Of a DNA stretch of 64,000 nucleotides, positions 56,164 to 64,000 are shown piece by piece. The translations under genes were made by a program, and so were the position numbers. This DNA comes from Anthoceros angustus (taxonomy: Eukaryota > Plantae > Anthocerotophyta). Location: assembly GCA_010909165.1 (NCBI GenBank), contig MU008168.1, positions 1,426,001 to 1,490,000 on the forward strand. Direction: 5' to 3'. Each line of letters opens with the position of its first letter. Position 1 is the stretch's first letter. The notes under the pieces were generated by a model that was not told the origin of the DNA, did not search any database, and was given only the letters and a program-made list of their open reading frames with translations.

Positions 56164-59100
56164 CTAGCCGGGGGTTTGCAGACCGGCCTCTACGAGATCC
56201 GCGCTCAGCTTCTTCACGAGGCCATGCAGCAATGCTTCCTGTTGATGCCTGTGGTCTCCGGCCAGGAACGTGTGAACCTGATTCCCATGCTCCATCCAGC
56301 TCTTCCCCGGCTCCTTCCACGCGCCCGCGCTCTGCCTCAGTACTTCGATCTCCTCTGCGGAATCCGGCATGCCGCATTCAGAGTAGATGTTCGACATGAG
56401 CACATAGGCCGCGGCTTCCTTCGGCTCTAGGGTTACAACTCCGTCGAAGGCACGCTTTCCCAGCGCTGCGTTACCATGTTTCCTGCACGCTCCCAACAAG
56501 CACAGCCACACGGCGCCATCTGGTTGCATAGGCATCTGCGAGAGCACTTCTTCTGCTTTGCCAAAGAGGCCGGCACGGCCGACGAGATCGATCACACAAG
56601 CGAAATGCTCCAGCTCCGGAGGAATGCGGTGGTCTCTGGTCATGCTCTCGAAGTATTCCAGTCCCTTGTCCACTAGCCCAGCATGGCTGCATGCGGACAA
56701 CAGCGCCAGGAATGTGACCCCGTTAGGGTTTACAGCTGCAAGGCACATGCGGTCGTAGCACTGCATGCTCATCTCGCAACGTCCTACTCGAGCATATCCA
56801 GCAATCAGAGCAGTCCAGGACACTACGTCCGGCTGGCGGATCGAGTCGAAAACGAGCTGCGCATCTTCCATGCTCCCGCATTTTCCATATGCATGGATAA
56901 GGCTGTTGGCCACTGAGAGACTGTCCTCGAAGCCTTCCACCAACAGACTCTGATGGGCCTGCTTGCATATGGCAAGGGATCCTGCGTTGCTACAGGCTTC
57001 CAGGACACAAAGGAACGTGGCCTCCTCTGGCTTGACACCTTCGGTTTGCATCCGAGAAAAGAGTTGCAAAGCCTTGGCTCCTTGGTGTTGTGCAGCATAA
57101 GCTGCAATCATGGCAGTCCATGCCACCACATCCCGTTGCGGCATGCTGTGAAACACCTGCTCTGCATCCTTTATACTCCCACAGTTTGCGTACATGTTAA
57201 CCAGGGTACTGCCCACAAAAGCATCTGAATCAAAACCCATGCTCGTTACATCAGCATGGAGTTCTCTTCCTTTTTGCAGAGAATCAGCTTTCACACTCTG
57301 TCCATCGATGAGCCTACTTCTCTCCTTTAACCCCACGAGAGCACATGCTTGGAGAGCTCGGACGTAGGTCAGAGCATCTGGCCTGACATCCGTCTCTTGC
57401 ATTCGCCGATAAATCTCCAGACTTTTATGCCCTTGACCGTCTTGGGCGTAAGCAGCAATCATGGCAGTCCATGCCACGACATCACGTGGAGACATCATGT
57501 CGAACACCTTCTGGGCATCCACCAAGCTCCCGCATTTGGCATACATGCTGAGCAGGGTGACACCGACAAACACATCTGACTCGAAACCCATACTTGCAAG
57601 TTCACCATGGATGGCGTTCCCCATGTGCAGTGATTCCTCCTTCACATTCTGGCCATTTACAAGTACAGATTTCTCTGCTTCTGAGACCATGCCACAGGCT
57701 TGAAGAGCGCAGACAAAGGTCCGAGCATCTGGCCGCACTCCTTCTGCTCTCATCTGCCGATAAATCAGTAAGGCTTTTTCTCCTTCCCCGTGCTCAGCAT
57801 ACGCTACCAGCAACGCATTCCATGACACCACAGTACGCTGGGACAATCTATCAAACACTTGCTGTGCATCCCAGATGCATCCACACTTTGCATACATTCT
57901 GACCAGGGTGTTACCGACAAAAACGTCAGACTCCAAACCCCTCAAACTAGCTTCTGAGTGGATCTCTTTCCCCTTCAGCAATGACTCCATGGTGCCTTCC
58001 TGCCTGTTCACAGCCGCTGCACTTTCCTGTTCCGCAAGTGTCCCACACGCTTGGAGGACGCTCACAAAAGTGCGAGCATTTGGCATGACTCCCTCCATCT
58101 GCATTTGCTGATAAATTTGCAAGGCTTCACCTGCTTGGTCCTGCTGGGCATACACTGCGAGCATTGCATTCCACAGCACTATGTTGCGCTGGGACTGCTT
58201 GTAGAAGACTTCTTCAGCATCTGTGATGCTCCCACACTTTCCGTACATACTAACCAAAGTACTACTGAGGAATAAATCTGATTGAAACCCACTCAGAGCT
58301 GCTGCAGCTGCAGCATGCAGTTCCTTCCCCTTCTGCAGCGATCCTACTTTCACGATTCGCCCATCCATGAGCGCACCATCCTCAGTTTCTGCAACTGAAC
58401 CACAGGCCTGCAAAGCACTGACAAAAGTTCGAGCATCAGGCCTGACCCCTGCTTCTTGCATCTGCTCATATACCTGCAATCCTTTTTCTCCTGTTCCCTG
58501 CTGAGCATAAGCTGCAATCATGGCAGTCCATGACACCACATTGCGCTGCAACAACCTTTCAAACACCTGCTGTGCATCCCTGATGCTGCCGCACTTTGTG
58601 TACATACTGACCAGCGTATTCCCAACAAACACATCCGCCTCACAACCTCTTCTTTTAGCATACGAGTGAATTTCCTTCCCTACCCGGAGAGACTCCACCT
58701 TAACATCGCACCCATCTACTATCCTAGTTTCCTCCTGCTCTGCAACAGTGCTACATGCCTGCAGAGCACTGACAAAGGTCCGGACGTTGGGAGTGATGCC
58801 TTCAGCTTGCATTTGCCAGTAGAGATGCAAAGCCCTGTCTCCTCGGTTCTGCTGGGCATAGGCTGCAATCATCGAGTTCCAAGACACCACATCTCGTTCC
58901 GACAATCTATCAAACACCCACTGTGCATCCACAATGCTCCCACACTTTGCATACATGCTGACTAACGTACTCCCAACAAAAACATCAGAGTCAAAACCAC
59001 TCAAAATAGCTGCAGCATGTAGCTCCCTTCCCTTTCTAAGTGAGTCCACCTTAACGTTCTGCTCATCCATAACCTCCTCCTTTTCTGCAGTACTGCTACA

Positions 59101-59871
59101 TGCTTGGAGGGCGCTGACAAAGGTACGTGCATCCGGATCAACGTTCTCCTCTAACATCTGCCCAAAAAGCTGCAAGGCAGCGTCCCCTTTGTCCTTCTGC
59201 GCATATGCAGCAAGCATAGCATTCCATGACACCACATCCCGCTCAGACAATCTCTCGAACACCTGCTGAGCATCCACGATACTTCCACACTTGGCATACA
59301 CACTAATCAGAGTGCTCCCAACAAAGGGGTCAGACTCAAACCCTTCCCTCCGAATGTCAGCATGGATCTGCTTCACCTGCTCCAAGTCTTCCAACTTACA
59401 ACACGCCTTCAGCAACTTGACAAAAGTACGGCAGCTGGGTCTGACACCTTCCTGCTGCATCTGCCCGTAACATGAAAGGGCCTCCCGCCACTGCCCAGAA
59501 TTGCTGTACCCCGAGATGATGGCTGTCCAGGAGAAGGAGCTCCGATAAGCCAGCTTCCCAAACACGCGCAGCCCATGTGACAGGCTTCCACAGTTCACCA
59601 TCGTGGCAACCACCAGGTCACCCAACCTCGACTCCAACCCATGTCTCTCCAAATGTGCGTGTATCTGGATGGCCTCAGCAAGGGCCCTCCTCTTCGTGCA
59701 ATCCTGCAACAGCTGCTTATACCCGTGCAACGACGGCACAATGCTCTCCTGCTTCACATCACCAAAAACCATCGCCTTCCCTAGCTGCCCTTCTTTGCAA
59801 TACCTCTCCACCTCAGAGACCCCCATGGGCATCACCCCTGCCCTGTATAGGGCACCTAGCTCCATTCCCAC
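56164..59871 (-). CDS. PLS-class PPR protein (1235 aa), E/E+ with a PG box, no deaminase domain
   Basis: Single ORF of P-L-S triplets ending HFACVIDLVGRAG...KEPGKSWMEHGNQVHTFLAGDHRH. Confidence 0.93.
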   Translation of the reverse strand: MGMELGALYRAGVMPMGVSEVERYCKEGQLGKAMVFGDVKQESIVPSLHGYKQLLQDCTKRRALAEAIQIHAHLERHGLESRLGDLVVATMVNCGSLSHGLRVFGKLAYRSSFSWTAIISGYSNSGQWREALSCYGQMQQEGVRPSCRTFVKLLKACCKLEDLEQVKQIHADIRREGFESDPFVGSTLISVYAKCGSIVDAQQVFERLSERDVVSWNAMLAAYAQKDKGDAALQLFGQMLEENVDPDARTFVSALQACSSTAEKEEVMDEQNVKVDSLRKGRELHAAAILSGFDSDVFVGSTLVSMYAKCGSIVDAQWVFDRLSERDVVSWNSMIAAYAQQNRGDRALHLYWQMQAEGITPNVRTFVSALQACSTVAEQEETRIVDGCDVKVESLRVGKEIHSYAKRRGCEADVFVGNTLVSMYTKCGSIRDAQQVFERLLQRNVVSWTAMIAAYAQQGTGEKGLQVYEQMQEAGVRPDARTFVSALQACGSVAETEDGALMDGRIVKVGSLQKGKELHAAAAAALSGFQSDLFLSSTLVSMYGKCGSITDAEEVFYKQSQRNIVLWNAMLAVYAQQDQAGEALQIYQQMQMEGVMPNARTFVSVLQACGTLAEQESAAAVNRQEGTMESLLKGKEIHSEASLRGLESDVFVGNTLVRMYAKCGCIWDAQQVFDRLSQRTVVSWNALLVAYAEHGEGEKALLIYRQMRAEGVRPDARTFVCALQACGMVSEAEKSVLVNGQNVKEESLHMGNAIHGELASMGFESDVFVGVTLLSMYAKCGSLVDAQKVFDMMSPRDVVAWTAMIAAYAQDGQGHKSLEIYRRMQETDVRPDALTYVRALQACALVGLKERSRLIDGQSVKADSLQKGRELHADVTSMGFDSDAFVGSTLVNMYANCGSIKDAEQVFHSMPQRDVVAWTAMIAAYAAQHQGAKALQLFSRMQTEGVKPEEATFLCVLEACSNAGSLAICKQAHQSLLVEGFEDSLSVANSLIHAYGKCGSMEDAQLVFDSIRQPDVVSWTALIAGYARVGRCEMSMQCYDRMCLAAVNPNGVTFLALLSACSHAGLVDKGLEYFESMTRDHRIPPELEHFACVIDLVGRAGLFGKAEEVLSQMPMQPDGAVWLCLLGACRKHGNAALGKRAFDGVVTLEPKEAAAYVLMSNIYSECGMPDSAEEIEVLRQSAGAWKEPGKSWMEHGNQVHTFLAGDHRHQQEALLHGLVKKLSADLVEAGLQTPG

Positions 59872-60006
59872 AATCCTACATCCCTTCTATTCTAAGAAAC
59901 ACAAAAAGAGAAGACCTCGAGATGGATCAAATGGATTGACTTCGAGAGAGGTGATGAAGTGGAAGCATTTTAAGTCGGTGCAGCTGATTCCTAGGAGGAG
60001 GAAGCG

Positions 60007-61074
60007 ATGAAGGTGTTTCTGACGGGGGGCTCTGGATTCATAGGCAAGGCTCTCCTGAAGTTTCTGATCGGAACCCATGGGGACACGGTGGTCGCTCTGT
60101 CCCGGTCCCCGGCCGCGGACGAGGCGATGCTGGAGGCGGCAGGCAGCGCCGCGGCCAGCAGGGGCGCGCAGGCCTCAGATCACTGCAGCCTGGTGCGAGG
60201 GGATCTGGACTCGGTGGACGCCATGACCGCGGCCATGGCGGAGTGCGAGCTGGTGTACCACGCCGCGGCGTGGGTGAGCTTGCAGGGATCCTGGCAGCAG
60301 TGCTACCACGGCACCGTGCAGGGCACGGCCAACGCGCTGCGGGCCGCCCGGGCCGCCAAGGTGCCGACCTTCCTCCACATCTCCTCCTTCACCGTCATGT
60401 TCAGCCAGGATGCGGCAGACATGAAGGGCGCCACGGAGGAGAACCCCAAGCGAGTGCCGGACTGGGCTTTGTACGCGCGCTCCAAGGCCATGGCGGAGGA
60501 CCTGGTGGTGGAAGCGGGCAGGGACGGAAACGGGGAATCGGAGCTCAGGACGGTGTCGGTGCGGCCGGGGTTCGTGTGGGGGCCCGGGGACACCTCCGTC
60601 ATCCCCATTCTGCGAGACAGCATCGGGGCCGGGACCTTCAGATGGATCAAGCCGGACGACACCGAGACCGTCACCACCTTCATCGACAATCTCTGCTACG
60701 GGCTGCGGCTCGCCGCGCTGCGAGGCAGGAGCGGGGAGGTTTACAACATGTTTGACAGAGAGAGTCCCGTTCGAGTCCGGGAGTTCTTCACCAAGTATGT
60801 GCGGGCCGGGTTGCCTGGTGTGAAGCTGCCGTCGTCGGAGGTGTCCGGGAAGGTGCTCTGGGCTCTGGCTACGGTTCTGGAGAACATTCCTGTTGTGAAT
60901 CAGGTGGCCAAGCGGTACATCTCCAGGCAGATGCTGCTGCCTCTGGCCTGCTCCTTGACCAGTTACAGCACCAAGGCGCAGACGGAGCTCGGGTACGAGC
61001 CTCCTGTGTCTTTTGAGGACGGCATGTCTAAGACTGCGGAATGGACTAACAGGCAGCTCCTCGTCTCTGTCTGA
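60007..61074 (+). CDS. Extended SDR: NAD-dependent epimerase/dehydratase (3-beta-HSD-like), intronless
   Basis: TGGSGFIG Rossmann motif, VYHAAA, HISS, catalytic YARSK and VRPGFVWGPGD. Confidence 0.9.
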   Translation: MKVFLTGGSGFIGKALLKFLIGTHGDTVVALSRSPAADEAMLEAAGSAAASRGAQASDHCSLVRGDLDSVDAMTAAMAECELVYHAAAWVSLQGSWQQCYHGTVQGTANALRAARAAKVPTFLHISSFTVMFSQDAADMKGATEENPKRVPDWALYARSKAMAEDLVVEAGRDGNGESELRTVSVRPGFVWGPGDTSVIPILRDSIGAGTFRWIKPDDTETVTTFIDNLCYGLRLAALRGRSGEVYNMFDRESPVRVREFFTKYVRAGLPGVKLPSSEVSGKVLWALATVLENIPVVNQVAKRYISRQMLLPLACSLTSYSTKAQTELGYEPPVSFEDGMSKTAEWTNRQLLVSV

Positions 61075-62454
61075 TGAAAGCAGCGCCACTTTTCGGTGCC
61101 GTAGGCTGGCTACTGTGAATCTAGAAGCCTCCTTGGCTGTCTGCTGCTGTGACATGGGTGCTGTCCTCGTCTCTGGCCCGGCACTGGGTTGTTGCTGACA
61201 GTACAATCAAAGGTCGGTCTCGTCATCAGTCACACAGCAGCAGCAACGAAGCATTCATGCTGTCGGAACAACAGCATGCCACTCTAGAGGATCCCTTTGC
61301 GAGACCAGTTCTTCCACATCCCATTGATGTGCCTCGGACCTGCTGTAACAGGCAGTGCTCTCCCATGAACACCCTGACTGCTCTAGTTTAGGGTCAGCAT
61401 TTTCCATCTCAGGCAGGCCTAGATTCTGTAGTTAACCTGCTTTTAGGGTCTGATGAGCAAATGAGTTACCTTGGAAAGCTTGCCTGCAGGGAGAAGATCC
61501 ATCCCCGATGAATGCGATGTGCATCCACGCCTTTGCTGAGCTGGCTGTCAAAGCTTATGTGAGCATCTTCCAGGCTCTTACATTCTGCATAACATATTCA
61601 CCACTGCAGGGTACTGCAGATGACAGCATCGAATTCGAAACGGTCCCAAGCTCTCTGAGAAGCTGCTTTTTCACCTTCAAAGCTACCAGACACTAGCGCA
61701 TGCTTGGCCCCGGCAGGGGGCACCTTAGCTCAGTTCAAGTAGGTAGATGGATGGGGATGAAAGCCACTCATCTAGGCACTCATTTGGCAAAGAGCTAAAA
61801 GTCTGCGGTATACAAAAATATGTTGTAAAATTTTAATTAAACATCTACATAAAGGTCAGATACCCTTAAGTAAATACTTCAGAGTATCCGACCTTTTTTC
61901 TAATGACGAAGTGTACAGATGTCTTCAAAATCGTAGAGGGTAACCTAGCTCATAAACCCTCTAGATAAAACATATGAGAATCTTGTACTAATGACCACAT
62001 TACAGCTCCAAGAAGCTTTTCATGTTTTGTGTTTACTACTGACGCGGTTTCCCTTGTCACATGCTTCTGAGTCATAAAGTAGGGGGTGCACGGTCCTGGA
62101 GATTAACAGAGAGAAATTGACTTATTTGTTTAGATTAGCGAGTGCAAGTGGGACTTGTTCACCTGCTATCAGGATTCACTTTGCAGTTATGCTAAGAGTT
62201 ACCCAATATTGCAGTTTAGGAGTGTCCTCTATATATCTTAAGTTTTACAAGGCATTCTGCCTAGTTCGCCCGTATTAACTTTAGTTCGCTGAGATTTAGT
62301 CAGCATTATGATTTAGGAGTGTCTTTGGATCCCTTGATTTTACGAGCTATTATACGAACTCGAACTAGCGGGAAAGTTTCGACCGACAGGCGGAGGGGTG
62401 CGCGGACGAGTGTCCTTTCCTTTTCTTACCACCGGAAGGCAGTGGAGGTGTGTG

Positions 62455-62592
62455 ATAGCGTTAAAGATACAGCGATAAAGATGTAGTGTTAAAGATACAA
62501 CGTTAAAGATATAGTACTAAAGATATAAGGGTAAAAATATAGTGCAAAGATATAGCGCTAAAGATATAGAGTTAAAGATATAGCGCTAAAAA
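62455..62592. repeat. Degenerate short-period minisatellite built on TAAAGATA(T/C)AG
   Basis: About ten imperfect TAAAGATATAGCG-like units. Confidence 0.8.
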
Positions 62593-63149
62593 ATAATTAT
62601 ATAACTATAACACCAAGGGAAAAGGAATGAAGCTTATCTAACAAGAGCTATAGCGGAAGCTAACCTATTAAGGGCTATGACAGAAAAGGAAGAAACTTAA
62701 TATTTAATATGATGATGGTGTAATCACATATGTCAAAAGAATTCTCAGATGCCCATCGTCCTCCGTGTGTAGTCTCTCGAAACTGCCAAGTATCCATGGT
62801 CCCCACGTATTGCAGGAATATCCAGTCTCACTATTGGATATTTCCTCAATACGTGTGGACCGCGGATGTAGGGTACGAGCAACACTATACAAGCAGCAAT
62901 GCTGCTTGTACCCTACTGTGGCGCGACTTTCACTGATGGCCAGCCGGGCGCGCACAATCCCGTGTCGTTGTAGGAAGAAGTCCGTTCCCAAGGGAATGAT
63001 AGGCTCCGTTTACCGCGTTTCAGGTGATTCCTACCGCCCTTAGCGCCTGCTCACCAACACACATACTCCTAACTACTCACAACGTTTCACCGACAGCCCT
63101 TGTGATGGCTAAACGCTTAAGGACCTGCTCGTCCGTATCGTTCACATCC

Positions 63150-64000
63150 GTCCCTCACACATCCGGCCCTTTCTCTCTCCTCACGCTACACTCGCCTTAG
63201 AAAAGACGCTGGTTACATGCCCCGACCTCCTCCGCTGCCGCGCCTCTCCGTCCGGCTCAGACGCCTCCCGAGTTCCTCCGGCCACACGCCCGCCTGCTCG
63301 GCGTTCTCCTCCTCCGCTGCCCGAGCACGGTCACCGCCACCCTTCCCCGCACACACCACAACGTTAGGTCCGCCACCGGACCTTGATCAATCTCCCGAGT
63401 TTGGACCTCGGGGCCGGACTCAGACTCACGTTAGCAAGAAGACACACAAAGGTCTGCAAGAACGCGGCATCAACACCAAGAGAAAGATGATTTATTCAGG
63501 GCGGCCTTAGCCCTCTTATACTACGCCGAAGGTCGGCGCCTTTATTACACCTCTATTCTGAGCTGAGGGCCAGCTCAGTGTGCCCTAACCAGCCGCCTAC
63601 TACCCTGCCTATTCCGCCTATCGCCGCCGTCGGTGGTGGGGCTGGGATGGCCCCTGATTCCTTCTTGGCACCGGCGGCCCAAAGCCGAGCCCTGTCGGCT
63701 GCGGCGCACCCAATCGGATGATCCGCGAGGCGGGACCCCTTCCTCTTCCCGAGGGTCTGCTGCCGCCACCGGCGGCCGACAAGGGCCACCACCAAGTCCT
63801 CCTCGCCCTCCCTCTTCTCTCTCGGCGGGCCCTGCGCGATGGGCCCTCAAGGGTTGGATCTGCTGGGGTTGGTGGTGATGGCTCTCCCCACTCCCGAGTT
63901 TGGACCTCGGGACCTGTCGACTCGAGTCCGGACCTCTAGGTCCGGCCTTCCTCCGGGTCCGGCCTTCCTCCGGGTCCGGCCTTCTTTGAGTCCGGCCCTG
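63150..64000. other. GC-rich, repeat-containing non-genic segment (possible transposon terminus, unclassified)
   Basis: CTCCCGAGTTTGGACCTCGGG occurs at ~63392 and ~63891, and GGTCCGGCCTTCCTCCG is tandem at the window end. No TE protein motif is recognisable. Confidence 0.3.

Overview
Gene-dense eukaryotic nuclear DNA from a non-seed land plant. Short GT-AG introns, large intronless PLS-class PPR genes with KP-, WW- and PG-type C-terminal signatures, and VAPYRIN fit a hornwort best; a fern or lycophyte is not excluded, and the taxon is inferred. Intact-looking genes: tRNA-Ser(UGA), MED16/SFR6, argC, PSS1, a carboxylesterase, a CCD-like dioxygenase, VAPYRIN, two ~1.2-kaa PPR proteins, RPN3, an unassigned coiled-coil gene, a thaumatin-like protein and an intronless SDR/epimerase. 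About 8-21.7 kb is a decayed region. It holds a frameshifted DYW:KP PPR gene, TORNADO1-like LRR and ROC-COR relics, and a thrice-repeated fold-back. The most novel signal is a dispersed ~190-bp element (copies at 1.35-1.88, 29.45-29.78 and 30.6-31.06 kb). Its head aligns by eye, without gaps, to the 5S rRNA internal promoter (A box, IE, C box) and it ends in AATAAAA(TTC)n. This makes it a candidate 5S-derived SINE, and two of its loci lie beside tRNA or tRNA-like sequences. All alignments were done by hand against remembered reference sequences, and exon boundaries are approximate.
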